From Candidatus Curtissbacteria bacterium (GTDB taxonomy: Bacteria; Patescibacteriota; Microgenomatia; Curtissbacterales; GWA2-41-24): 64,000 nucleotides of DNA. The stretch covers positions 12,128 through 76,127 of the forward strand of contig JBBQJY010000001.1 of assembly GCA_038326365.1 (NCBI GenBank), written 5' to 3'. Made by a program: the position numbers and the translations under genes. The notes beneath the pieces were generated by a model, which worked only from the letters and a program-made list of their open reading frames with translations, had not been told where the DNA came from and did not search any database. Shown in pieces: positions 35,699 to 45,592 of the stretch; positions within the stretch are counted from its first letter, which is position 1; each line of letters starts with the position of its first letter.

Positions 35699-38598
35699 TG
35701 GAAAATCCTGCCCAAGTAGATGACAACGCTGTCATCTTAATTACTGATGTCTCCTCATACTTAGGAGAGGCGTTAGCCAAAAATTTTCTCAAGCACAACT
35801 TTAGCGTTTACGGAGCCGGGCATAAAAATCCATCAGAAGAAATTCTGTCTAATTCCCACTTTACTCTTTTGGACATTGATCTTGCACAGCCATTCCCCGG
35901 ACATTTACCGGTTTTTGATTTAATAATTCACTTGGCACCGGAAAAGCAAGAAGAACTGGCAAATGTGAAAGTCTCTGCTGCTTCCAAAAATATTATCAAT
36001 TTTGCCAAACAAGGAATCTGCAAAGTTGTTTACGCCTTGCCAATCTCAGCAAGCAGTGATTACTTAGATTATCTAAGCCCCCAGGAAACAAGTCAGCAAT
36101 TTCTGAATTTTTTTCTGGTCGGCCACGTTTACGGTCCCCAAATGAAGCTAGAAAGTAAGTTTCACAGCAAAAAAGAAACAAGCTTTTTCGAAAGCAACGA
36201 TCTTGTTGATCTCATTTCTCAGTCAGCAATTTCCGACAGAATAATTTTAGAAAACGAGGGGCTTACCGTAATTTACCCAACATATATCGACGATGCGGTA
36301 GATGCCTTTAATAAGTTCATATTCACCAAAAACCCAAAACCTATCCGTTTTATAATCTCTGACCACCCTCTAACCGCTCTTTCAACTGCATACAAAATCC
36401 AAAATGCAATTAGGCTAGCCTCAGGCAAAGAGCTTAATCTTTTTTTCGCTGGGGAAGAAAACAGCCCCAAACCAAAACCCGAACCGGTCGTAAAAATTCA
36501 CGAACTTGCATTTAAGCCAAACTTTACGCTCACCGAAGGTCTCGAAAAAACTATCAAGTATCTAAGTCAAGAGAATCAAATTTATAGAAATAATCAAGTC
36601 TTTGCCCCAGAAGATAAACCAACAATAGAAGTCGAGAACAAATTCCAAGAAACCAAAATAGCCAAAAAAAAGCGCTTGAATTTACCTAAATTCTCCTCAG
36701 GACCTTTGAATGCCCGTGCAAGTACAGCCGTTCTGGTAATAGCCATTTTATTTCTCGTATTCGTTTTAAAAACTGGTGGAGATATCTTTTTGGGCACTAA
36801 GTCAATCAAGTCGGCAAAATCTCAACTCGAAGCGGGCGATCTTGCCCGCGCCAGGCAAAGCGCGCAAAGTGCCCAAGGCAGTTTTACCGCTAGCTCCTCA
36901 GAGTTTAAATTCATCACTTACCCTCTCAGGGTATTGTTTGCAAAGAAACTCGATTCGATTAACAATGCTTTAAGCGCAACAGCCGCCGGGGCTTCAGCAG
37001 TGGTCGACTTTATAGACGGAGCCCAATCGCTCTCGCAAAACCTGTCAACTATTGTATCTGGAAATTCCAAAAGCCCACTTGACCTGGCTTCGGCGCAAGC
37101 ATCGCTCAACAGATCATACTTCGAAAGCGCCTCAGCAGCTAGCCTAGCCAAAGATGCTCAAAATGGTCATATATTTGCCACAAACTTTAAATCTCTGGAG
37201 GATAGTTTAACTACGCTTGCCAATGTAAGCCTCTCGGCTCAGGAAATATCTACGATTATTCCCAATCTTGTGGGAGCAGATTCCACCAAAAATTACCTAC
37301 TGCTAGTTCAGAACAATACCGAACTGAGACCGGGCGGAGGTTTCATCGGCAATTATGCTCAAATCGCTTTTGAAGGAGGCAAACTCAAAGACATTAAAGT
37401 TGATGACATTTACAACATAGACGGCCAGCTTAAAGAGAAAATTAGTCCACCTCAGCAGCTGATCGACAAACTTGGTGTAGACAAACTTTATTTGCGAGAT
37501 TCCAACTGGACAACAGATTTTCGCATTAACGCCCAAACTGCTCGGGATTTCTACAAAAAAGAGACTGGGCAGACCATAGACGGCGTAATTGCCATAGACC
37601 TAAGTTTTTTTGAAAAACTTCTTGAGAAAATGGGCCCCATAAAGTTGGAAAATTACAGCGAAGAAATAAATGCGGGCAATCTTTTTGACAAAGGAGAATA
37701 TTATTCCGAAGTAGGCTTCTTTCCAGGTTCTACTCAAAAGAGAGACTTTTTCGGTTCATTGGCCAAAGCTGTCATTGGTAAAATAGAAGAGAGTCTTAAG
37801 CAAAAAACTGTAGGTAAAAACTCTCCATATTTAGCTTTAGTTTCGGCTGCATCCGATAGTCTTGCCCAAAAACACATTATGATGGCTTTCGACGATGCGG
37901 AAGTGGGATCTTTTGTCCGGTTAAAAGGTTGGGATAACGAACTGCCCCCATTTACTTATAATCCGGCAGATAACGCACAATCAGCCAACGACTTTTTAGC
38001 TCTCTCAGAAGCCAACGTCGGTGCCAACAAAGTTAATCGCTATATAGAGAGAGCAGTTAACTATGATATGACAGTCGACCGAGATGCCGGCTTAGTAGCG
38101 ACTATCAATATAACCTATAAAAATAACAGTCCTGCCGATACTTGGCCTGCTGGAACATATGTCAACTATTTGCGAGTTTATGTGCCCCTAAACTCATCGC
38201 TAGAAAGTTACCAGGTCGATGGCCAAAATATTGATTTAAATCCTACCTTAACAGCTAAGCAAAAAAAACCAAGCACGACCGCTCAATCTTCCACCCAAGG
38301 CAATCTAACCGTCTTTGACACTATTGTCGAGGTGCCTGTAAAGCAAACTAAGAATATAACTTTCAAATATAGAATACCTAAAAATATCAAGCTGGAATCC
38401 GCACCAGCTTATAATCTCTATGTGGCCAAACAGCCCGGCACAAATAACGATGCGCTTAAGTTCTCGTTCAATCTGCCCGCCTATTTAAAAATAGATTCAA
38501 TAAACGGCTCTAAGGCCGATACCGGCAAACAAAACTACTCAAACCTAACTAATTTGGAAACCGATAAAATTTGGGAAATTAAAGTTACCAAAAAGTAA
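35695..38598 (+). CDS. Fusion protein: N-terminal NAD-dependent epimerase/dehydratase-like Rossmann domain, a TM segment, and a C-terminal DUF4012-like extracytoplasmic domain
   Basis: Rossmann-like N-terminus ILITDVSSYLGEALAKNF. A TM at about residue 340. LLLVQNNTELRPGGGFIGNYAQI is typical of DUF4012. Confidence 0.5.
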   Translation: MMENPAQVDDNAVILITDVSSYLGEALAKNFLKHNFSVYGAGHKNPSEEILSNSHFTLLDIDLAQPFPGHLPVFDLIIHLAPEKQEELANVKVSAASKNIINFAKQGICKVVYALPISASSDYLDYLSPQETSQQFLNFFLVGHVYGPQMKLESKFHSKKETSFFESNDLVDLISQSAISDRIILENEGLTVIYPTYIDDAVDAFNKFIFTKNPKPIRFIISDHPLTALSTAYKIQNAIRLASGKELNLFFAGEENSPKPKPEPVVKIHELAFKPNFTLTEGLEKTIKYLSQENQIYRNNQVFAPEDKPTIEVENKFQETKIAKKKRLNLPKFSSGPLNARASTAVLVIAILFLVFVLKTGGDIFLGTKSIKSAKSQLEAGDLARARQSAQSAQGSFTASSSEFKFITYPLRVLFAKKLDSINNALSATAAGASAVVDFIDGAQSLSQNLSTIVSGNSKSPLDLASAQASLNRSYFESASAASLAKDAQNGHIFATNFKSLEDSLTTLANVSLSAQEISTIIPNLVGADSTKNYLLLVQNNTELRPGGGFIGNYAQIAFEGGKLKDIKVDDIYNIDGQLKEKISPPQQLIDKLGVDKLYLRDSNWTTDFRINAQTARDFYKKETGQTIDGVIAIDLSFFEKLLEKMGPIKLENYSEEINAGNLFDKGEYYSEVGFFPGSTQKRDFFGSLAKAVIGKIEESLKQKTVGKNSPYLALVSAASDSLAQKHIMMAFDDAEVGSFVRLKGWDNELPPFTYNPADNAQSANDFLALSEANVGANKVNRYIERAVNYDMTVDRDAGLVATINITYKNNSPADTWPAGTYVNYLRVYVPLNSSLESYQVDGQNIDLNPTLTAKQKKPSTTAQSSTQGNLTVFDTIVEVPVKQTKNITFKYRIPKNIKLESAPAYNLYVAKQPGTNNDALKFSFNLPAYLKIDSINGSKADTGKQNYSNLTNLETDKIWEIKVTKK

Positions 38599-38600
38599 AA

Positions 38601-40193
38601 CTATCTAGTTAAGAGAGCGCCTGCTCCGGTGAGACTCGTAACTGGACCAATGGCCGCTGCAGCACCGCCTAATAGCAACATCAAAATCATTAGCCATTTA
38701 TAATCTTTCTTGGCCCAGTTGACTAACTTTTCTAATTTACTTCCATGTTTTTCTGCTAAGATTTTAGCCTCGTTGGAATTTACAACGCGATCAGCGATCA
38801 TCCTATAAACGTCTGGGTGTCTGGCAGCAATACGGGGCAATTCTTTCGAGCTCACACCACCATTTATCATTTTGTCCGCAAATCCCGAAGCGAAAAATGC
38901 TCTTTCTTCAAAAGATGTTTTTTGTCCTGGATCCATGATTTTCTGCTTCACATCGTCAAAGTCTAAACTCGTCAAATCAGACCGTTCCGATATTTGCTCT
39001 AAATATCTTGCTTGTTCCTCAGGATTCATAGCACCATATTCGTTCCAAGATTTTCGATCCAAAGTTTCGATGCTTGCCGTCGAACCAGCTGCTTTTCCTT
39101 CCCTATCCCTTGCCAATTTAATTGCATCTTCTTCCGCCTTTAATGTTTTCTTTGATTCGGCTAACGCATTGGCCAGTTGGTTTCTTTCTCGTGAAAGATC
39201 CGCCAAAGATTTCGGGTCTGCTCCAGAGGCCCTTGCAGCCGCAATATCAGTGTCTTTATCCCTCAATTTAGAAGTTAGATCTATTGTGCTGCGATCTGCC
39301 GCAAGGCGCCTCCTGTCTAGGCTCGCGACAGACAGGGTTGCCCTTTGTTCGTCGTCAGCCTCTTTGTCAAGCCTATTCCTCTCAACCTCCTCTTTAGCCT
39401 TTAAAGCATCAGAAGCTTCGCCCCACATTTGAGATAAAGCAGTTTTCTGCGCTTCATATATAGCTTTTTCTTGTCTTGTTGCTCTAACTGCTGGGGGTGT
39501 TCTATTTAATTTATTCCATTCGTCATAAATAGCATTCGTTCTTTCGTGCAACATATCGATAGGGAGAGCTTCTAGCTCTTGAAGCCGTCGTTCGGTTTCT
39601 TGAACCGCATCTTGTTGTCGTTGTTCCTCATCAAGCCTTTTTTCTTCGGGAAGTTTTCTGTCGTATACGGACTTAGCTTCACTAAACCTAAACTCTGCGC
39701 CTTTAACTTGATCGTTTAAAACACGTTGATCGCCAGGGCTTCTCCCAGCAGTTATTGCATCACCTAAAGCCTTTTTCTTGGCGGCGAGCTCCTCGTTTAG
39801 GTTTTGTACGTCTTGGGCAAGCTCACTGAAAGGTTTACCTGAATAAACCTTTACTCTTTCCCGACTTTCATCGTCAATATGCCTTACAGCTGCGCTGGCA
39901 AGGTTTTCACCAGCTCTGATTCTTGCGTCTGCTTCAGCCAAAACCGTTTCTTCGCTGGGGCTCAAAGAGGTGGTAGCCCTTTTTGCTTCAAGCGTGCTTT
40001 TTTTATATACATCTTCGGAACCTGCCCTAGCGATATATTCGAGCGCTTCGTTAGATGATTGAAACTGTCCGACAACTTTGGCCATCGCCAGCTCCCGGGT
40101 ATCAATGGGTGTGCCCTTTTTAGCAGCTTGTTCAGCGGCAGTTTTTTGTTGTGAATCTAAAAAATTACTATAGTCTTCGTTAGATCCTGGCAT
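38601..40193 (-). CDS. Hypothetical coiled-coil protein with a C-terminal TM anchor
   Basis: Long charged coiled-coil segments rich in Glu/Lys/Arg/Ala. C-terminus WLMILMLLLGGAAAAIGPVTSL. Confidence 0.5.
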   Translation of the reverse strand: MPGSNEDYSNFLDSQQKTAAEQAAKKGTPIDTRELAMAKVVGQFQSSNEALEYIARAGSEDVYKKSTLEAKRATTSLSPSEETVLAEADARIRAGENLASAAVRHIDDESRERVKVYSGKPFSELAQDVQNLNEELAAKKKALGDAITAGRSPGDQRVLNDQVKGAEFRFSEAKSVYDRKLPEEKRLDEEQRQQDAVQETERRLQELEALPIDMLHERTNAIYDEWNKLNRTPPAVRATRQEKAIYEAQKTALSQMWGEASDALKAKEEVERNRLDKEADDEQRATLSVASLDRRRLAADRSTIDLTSKLRDKDTDIAAARASGADPKSLADLSRERNQLANALAESKKTLKAEEDAIKLARDREGKAAGSTASIETLDRKSWNEYGAMNPEEQARYLEQISERSDLTSLDFDDVKQKIMDPGQKTSFEERAFFASGFADKMINGGVSSKELPRIAARHPDVYRMIADRVVNSNEAKILAEKHGSKLEKLVNWAKKDYKWLMILMLLLGGAAAAIGPVTSLTGAGALLTR

Positions 40194-40195
40194 AT

Positions 40196-40657
40196 TTAAC
40201 TTTCATTGCTTGCAAGTTTGTCCATATAGACAAAAAGCCTGTCTTGATTATTTTGTAGTAAACTTTGAAATTCGTCTGGAGTTACTTGTAAATTTAAAAC
40301 ATCTTGGTTGAAAATTGCCTGAACTTCCTCTGGCGAAAAACCAACAGCCACGAAGCGCTCAAATACAGTTTTCTCACCTTCTTCGAAAGGGTCTTTCCAC
40401 CCTTCTGGCAGTTCTTTGGCCGGAATCAACACTTCTTGTTCAAAGCGGTCTTTGTTATCCTGGAGAAACTTCACAAAGCTAGAAGCATATACTTTTGCAC
40501 TCAAGAGGTCCGGAGAAAATTTAGACATTTCTTCCTCACCTGCACCTAGGGCTTTTAGACGATCACCCACAGAAGCTGGCTGGTCCCCAAAAGCATCGAT
40601 TACTTCATTAATTGATATTGATTTCATCGGCAGTTTCAGCAATCGCACTATTGGCAA
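40196..40657 (-). CDS. Hypothetical acidic protein
   Basis: Complete ORF, in an operon with the flanking minus-strand genes. Confidence 0.45.
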   Translation of the reverse strand: MPIVRLLKLPMKSISINEVIDAFGDQPASVGDRLKALGAGEEEMSKFSPDLLSAKVYASSFVKFLQDNKDRFEQEVLIPAKELPEGWKDPFEEGEKTVFERFVAVGFSPEEVQAIFNQDVLNLQVTPDEFQSLLQNNQDRLFVYMDKLASNES

Positions 40658-41009
40658 TATTCTTAGCTGACTCCATGTCTCCTGCGTCTATTGCGGCCAA
40701 TGCATTTTTGTAAGCATTCACCTCATGAGCTCGCAAGATTTCAGCCTTTACTCTATTATACAAAATTTCAAAAGATGGGTGTTCTCTTGCCAATATTTCG
40801 TAAAAACCAACTACTGTTTTCTCGTGTTTTTCAATTTCGCTCACAGCCACAAGCGTTTCTCGTGCAATCTGCTGAGCAGCCTCAACTGTCAATCCACCAC
40901 TATTTAACCCTGAAATTACTTGGCCCAAAACCTCTTTTTCTACTCTTGCTTTTAGTGATACTTCCGTTTGTTGCATCTCTTTCAACCATACACCGATTTG
41001 TTTGCGCAT
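40608..41009 (-). CDS. Hypothetical acidic protein
   Basis: Complete ORF that overlaps the downstream gene by 50 nt. Confidence 0.45.
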   Translation of the reverse strand: MRKQIGVWLKEMQQTEVSLKARVEKEVLGQVISGLNSGGLTVEAAQQIARETLVAVSEIEKHEKTVVGFYEILAREHPSFEILYNRVKAEILRAHEVNAYKNALAAIDAGDMESAKNIANSAIAETADEININ

Positions 41010-41043
41010 ATCAACTGAATTTGGTAATATTACAAAACTTTAT

Positions 41044-41757
41044 ATGGAGCAAATACCACTAGCCGCTGCGCCTAGAACAGTTTTAGGCAGAAAAGTCAAA
41101 AATTTAAGAAGCGAAGGAATTATTCCTGCGCACGTTTTTGGCAATAAAATTGAATCGGTTCACGTACAGGTCAACGGAAAAGAATTTCATAAAGTTTTTG
41201 AAAAGGTCGGCGAAACCGGCATCATCGCTTTAACTATCGAAGGTCAACAGAAGCCGGTTTTGGTACGCGAAACTCAGATTAATCCGGTTACGGACGAACT
41301 TATTCACATAGATTTCTATCAGGTTAACTTGCAAGAAAAAGTTAAGGTAAACGTTCCAATCGAAATAATTGGAGAGTCTCCCGCCGAAGAAAAGAAAATT
41401 GGACTACTTCTAACTCCAATCGCCGAAATCGAAGTCGAAGCTCTTCCCGGCGATCTTCCGGAAAGTATCGAGGTAGACGTCACCGCGCTTGTCGAAATTG
41501 GCGATGAAATCAAAGTTAAAGATCTTAAAATCGACCGCACTAAAATCGAACTTTTAGCAGACGAAGAGCAAACGGTCGCCTCAATTGGAGATCTTGTAAC
41601 CAAGGAAATGGAAGAGCTCGAAGCGGCTGCTGAAGCCGAAGCGGCCGAAACTGTTGAAGGCGCCGCACCCGCAGAGGGCACAGCAGAAGGCGAGGAAGCG
41701 ACCGAAGACGATAATGCATCTTCAGACGAAAAGCCCCAAGAGGAAAAATCCAAGTAG
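41044..41757 (+). CDS. rplY: Ribosomal protein L25 / general stress protein Ctc, with an acidic C-terminal tail
   Basis: MEQIPLAAAPRTVLGRKVKNLRSEGIIPAHVFGNKIESVHVQV matches the L25 N-terminus. Confidence 0.8.
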   Translation: MEQIPLAAAPRTVLGRKVKNLRSEGIIPAHVFGNKIESVHVQVNGKEFHKVFEKVGETGIIALTIEGQQKPVLVRETQINPVTDELIHIDFYQVNLQEKVKVNVPIEIIGESPAEEKKIGLLLTPIAEIEVEALPGDLPESIEVDVTALVEIGDEIKVKDLKIDRTKIELLADEEQTVASIGDLVTKEMEELEAAAEAEAAETVEGAAPAEGTAEGEEATEDDNASSDEKPQEEKSK

Positions 41758-41816
41758 GACTCCAATCATATATCCATCGAAATCTTGCGGTAATTATTGC
41801 GGCAATATTGCGGTAA

Positions 41817-43910
41817 TTATTTGGATGCTATTGGCCAGTCTTCCAATAGAATACTCTTCTTCTTAACTTCAAATTGTTGATAGATTTCCTCAGTTAAAAA
41901 CGGCATAAACGGATGTAATAATATTAGGCTCTGTTTTAAAACATACTCAAGCGTTGGTTGAGCTTCTACTCTTCTCTCTTTTGACTCCTCAATATATTTA
42001 TCTGCAAATTTGTGCCAAATAAATTCATATAACTCATCGACTGCCAAATGCAGTTCTAAATTGTCCAAATACTTTGTAACCTTCCGACTCAAGTTTTCAA
42101 GTTCTGCCATAATCCAATCGTCTTCACCGGCTTTAAAATCCCCATTAGGACTAAAATCTGGTTTTAGCTCTAATATGAAACGAGAAACGTTTCGTATCTT
42201 TGTCGCAAAGTTTCTAAAGTTTTTACCTCGTTCATCAAGGATCGACTTTGAAACACGCCCGTCCCGTCCGGGAATTGAATATGTATAAAGAGCCATTCTC
42301 GTCGCATCCACTCCCCAACTACTAATTAAGTATTGCGGCTCAATTCCGTTACCTAGCGATTTTGAAAACTTCCTGCCCTCCATATCCCTCAGCATTCCAT
42401 GAAAGAACATTGTTTTAAATGGAATTTTGCCAGTGAAATAGATCGAAAGCATAATCATTCTGGCAATCCACAAATACTTAATCTCAGGTGCTGATATCTC
42501 GAAATCCCACGGAAAAACTTTTGCGAACAATTCGTTTTTATTAGGCCAACCCAAGGTAGACATTGGCCATAATCCCGAAGAAAACCAAGTATCTAAAACT
42601 TGCTCGTCTTGTTTCCATCCAGCGCCGGGCGATTCAAGTGCAACTTTTTTTTCATTATCTTTGTACCAAACTGGAATTCTATGTCCCCACCATAGGGATC
42701 TCGAAATACACCAATCGTGAATTTCGTTCATCCATTCAATCAAAATCTTCTTATAATTTTTTGGCAGGAAATTAATCAAGTCTTTGTTGACAGCCTTAAT
42801 TGCCTCCTTGGCAATATCCCCCATCTTCACAAACCATTCCTCAGATATCAGCGGCTCGACAACTGTCTTGCACCTTTCACAGACAGAAACATTATGAATA
42901 TAGTCTTCCTCTTTTACTAATATGCCTTCCATCTTAAGTTCGGGAATAATTGCCTCTCGGGCTTCTAAGACTTTCATACCAGCAAATTTTCCTGCAAGTT
43001 CAGTTAGTCTCCCCTCTTTATTGATTACTTGAATAATTGGCAAATTATGTCGCTTACCGATTTCGTAATCAGTAAAGTCGTGACCGGGAGTAACTTTGAT
43101 AACTCCTGTCCCGAAATTCGGGTCAACCGCTTCGTCCGCAATGACTCGCATTTTTTTTGAGCCAGCTAAAGTATTAATCTCAAATTCTTGCCCGACATAT
43201 TCTTTATATCTTTTGTCTTTGGGATTAACTGCCATTGCTGTATCGCCAAATTTGGTTTCAGGTCGGGCTGTTGCTAATGTTAGTGGCCCATACTTAAGGT
43301 AATAAAGCTTTTCTTTTCTCTCTTGATATTCCATCTCAACGTCTTCAATCGCTGTATTACATTTTGGACACCACTGTACAATATATGGACCTTTATAAAT
43401 TAATCCCTTGTCCCAAAAAGCTTTAAATTGATAAAACACCGCTTGTTTTGGTCGATCGTCCAAAGTGAAAACCTCCCGTGACCAATCCGCGCTTATCCCA
43501 AAAACTTTCCAAGTTTCATGAAACGATTTGTAAATTTCTTCGCGAAATTTCCATGCTTCTTCCAGCCATTTCTCTCTGCCCAAACTACGTTTGCTCTTAC
43601 CGTCTTTTGTAAGTTTCTTATCCAACGTTCCTTCAAACTGAATGCCTGCATGGTCGACTCCCGGCAACAGTAATACTTCAAACCCCTGAAGGCGTCGATA
43701 TCTACTAACAGAATCCATAATAACGTGTTGTAGTGCATGTCCAAGATGCAGTTCGCCTGTTAAATTCGGCGGAGGCATCAGTAAAGAATAAATTTTGCGA
43801 AGACCTTTTTCATCAAAAGAAAGCAATTTTTCTTTTTCCCAAAAAGAGTAAATATCCTTTTCGTATTTAAGTATTTTTTTAACATTCATTGTCATTTTTT
43901 TGTCTCCCAC
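41817..43910 (-). CDS. valS: Valine--tRNA ligase (compact form lacking a C-terminal coiled coil)
   Basis: HIGH region PPPNLTGELHLGHAL (ValRS-type PPPNxTG) and KMSKS region RKFSKSLGN. Confidence 0.8.
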   Translation of the reverse strand: MGDKKMTMNVKKILKYEKDIYSFWEKEKLLSFDEKGLRKIYSLLMPPPNLTGELHLGHALQHVIMDSVSRYRRLQGFEVLLLPGVDHAGIQFEGTLDKKLTKDGKSKRSLGREKWLEEAWKFREEIYKSFHETWKVFGISADWSREVFTLDDRPKQAVFYQFKAFWDKGLIYKGPYIVQWCPKCNTAIEDVEMEYQERKEKLYYLKYGPLTLATARPETKFGDTAMAVNPKDKRYKEYVGQEFEINTLAGSKKMRVIADEAVDPNFGTGVIKVTPGHDFTDYEIGKRHNLPIIQVINKEGRLTELAGKFAGMKVLEAREAIIPELKMEGILVKEEDYIHNVSVCERCKTVVEPLISEEWFVKMGDIAKEAIKAVNKDLINFLPKNYKKILIEWMNEIHDWCISRSLWWGHRIPVWYKDNEKKVALESPGAGWKQDEQVLDTWFSSGLWPMSTLGWPNKNELFAKVFPWDFEISAPEIKYLWIARMIMLSIYFTGKIPFKTMFFHGMLRDMEGRKFSKSLGNGIEPQYLISSWGVDATRMALYTYSIPGRDGRVSKSILDERGKNFRNFATKIRNVSRFILELKPDFSPNGDFKAGEDDWIMAELENLSRKVTKYLDNLELHLAVDELYEFIWHKFADKYIEESKERRVEAQPTLEYVLKQSLILLHPFMPFLTEEIYQQFEVKKKSILLEDWPIASK

Positions 43911-44047
43911 CCTTTCACGTGACGGGAATTACTTTTAAAAATATTTTATTACCTCCCACGTGCAAAGAAACTGAAATTTGAGTCGGGTTGATAACTTTTT
44001 TCTCAATAGCATTTTCTCACATATCAGGTAGAATGCCAAAAAATATT

Positions 44048-45028
44048 TTAAAAATGAAGTCCAGGGTCGGCGACAAGAGATAAAGGTCCCACGTAACTTT
44101 TTGTAAAAAACGCTGCTGCTGCAATCATTGCCCCATTGTCCACAGCAAATATTTTTTTTGGGAAAAATACCTTAGCATTAATTTGTAGACCATCTTTTTC
44201 CATCATAGTTTTTAAAACTGAATTAGCAGCAACTCCCCCTCCTGCCACAATCGTTCTGGCATCATAATGTTTCGCAGCAGCGATCGTTTTTAAAACTAAA
44301 ACATCTACTACAGCACGCTGAAATTCAAAAGCAATTTTATCCCGATCCACCTCCAAATTATTGTCGACGAAATTGGCAACAGAAGTTTTAACTCCCGAAA
44401 ATGAAAAATCGAAATTTTGTTTTCTTACTAAGGATTTAGGAAAATCGAAATTATTATTAGCAACTACTTTTTTTGCAGCTTGTTCAATTTTGGGTCCACC
44501 AGGATAACCGAGACCTAATTTCTTAGCAACTTTATCAAATGCTTCTCCGGCAGCATCGTCTAGTGTTGAACCGAGTAGTTCAAAATCCCCATGATCTTTC
44601 ATAAGGACCAAGTCAGTGTGCCCTCCCGAAACAACTAGCCCAATTAATGGAAATTCAGGGTATATATCAGCGTCTAACCATGAAGCATAAACATGTCCAA
44701 CCAAGTGGTTAACAGCTATTAACTTTTTATTCCACGCGAAAGCTAAAGCCTTTGCGCTTTCAACACCAACGAGCAATGAACCAATCAGCCCTGGTCCATA
44801 AGACACTGCAATTGCATCGATGTGGTCGATATCGTTTTCAACCGCCTTACTAATTAAAGGAACAATCACCTTAACCTGTTCTCTCGCAGCAACTTCTGGA
44901 ATGACTCCACCAAACCTTGCTTGCAGATCAGCAGAAGAGGCCAAAAAATTTTTTACAACATGAACCCCGTCTTTAACAATTGCCACGCCAGTCTCATCAC
45001 ATGTTGATTCAATACCCAAAATATTCAT
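44048..45028 (-). CDS. tsaD: tRNA N6-adenosine threonylcarbamoyltransferase TsaD
   Basis: MNILGIESTCDETGVAIV...GGVAANS. 326 aa. Confidence 0.9.
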   Translation of the reverse strand: MNILGIESTCDETGVAIVKDGVHVVKNFLASSADLQARFGGVIPEVAAREQVKVIVPLISKAVENDIDHIDAIAVSYGPGLIGSLLVGVESAKALAFAWNKKLIAVNHLVGHVYASWLDADIYPEFPLIGLVVSGGHTDLVLMKDHGDFELLGSTLDDAAGEAFDKVAKKLGLGYPGGPKIEQAAKKVVANNNFDFPKSLVRKQNFDFSFSGVKTSVANFVDNNLEVDRDKIAFEFQRAVVDVLVLKTIAAAKHYDARTIVAGGGVAANSVLKTMMEKDGLQINAKVFFPKKIFAVDNGAMIAAAAFFTKSYVGPLSLVADPGLHF

Positions 45029-45071
45029 AAGACTTTTGCTTAGTAAATCAAACTAAAGGGGTAAATAGCAA

Positions 45072-45581
45072 TTAAAATTCGGCGGTGTCCCCAACTTGAA
45101 TATTGTTAAGAGAAGTAATTCCCGCATTTGTTTCCAAGACATATCGAGATTCACCAGAGGGGGAGTATATCTTAAGATCCCGGTCTCGTTTACCAGGCTC
45201 AGGTGGCACGTTCTGGGCAATTTCTATGATCTTTTTGCTTTCGTCGAGCCACAAAATGTCAATCGCAAACTTCATATCCTTCATCCAAATTGCGTGTTGC
45301 GCGTTGGAATCAAACACAAAAAGCATCGCTGCATTCAGTGGTAAGCTGTCTCTTTTTGAAAGACCCTTTTTGCGATCCGCGTCGTTGTTCACAAGTATAG
45401 TGCTGAGTTTTAGATCTCTTATATTAACTAAAATCTGTCCACCGGAGGCAACATGTGCAGAATCGGTTGAACTACTTTGATTTCCGGAAGCAAAATTGAA
45501 TGCTGTGAAACCTCTACCAAAGATTAGCAGTAAAATTATGACCACAAACAAACCACCAATTACTGCCAAATCCTTTTTCAT
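45072..45581 (-). CDS. DUF192 (COG1430) domain protein with a signal anchor
   Basis: KKGLSKRDSLPLNAAMLFVF...AIWMKDMKFAIDILWLD...YVLETNAG. Confidence 0.6.
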   Translation of the reverse strand: MKKDLAVIGGLFVVIILLLIFGRGFTAFNFASGNQSSSTDSAHVASGGQILVNIRDLKLSTILVNNDADRKKGLSKRDSLPLNAAMLFVFDSNAQHAIWMKDMKFAIDILWLDESKKIIEIAQNVPPEPGKRDRDLKIYSPSGESRYVLETNAGITSLNNIQVGDTAEF

Positions 45582-45592
45582 CTGATCTTATT

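Noticed and set aside
43911-44047. Possible T-box leader upstream of valS
   Set aside because: Only 137 nt separate valS from the tsaD stop. I saw no specifier or T-box motif (AATTAGGGTGGNACCGCG-like). A T-box needs roughly 250 nt.
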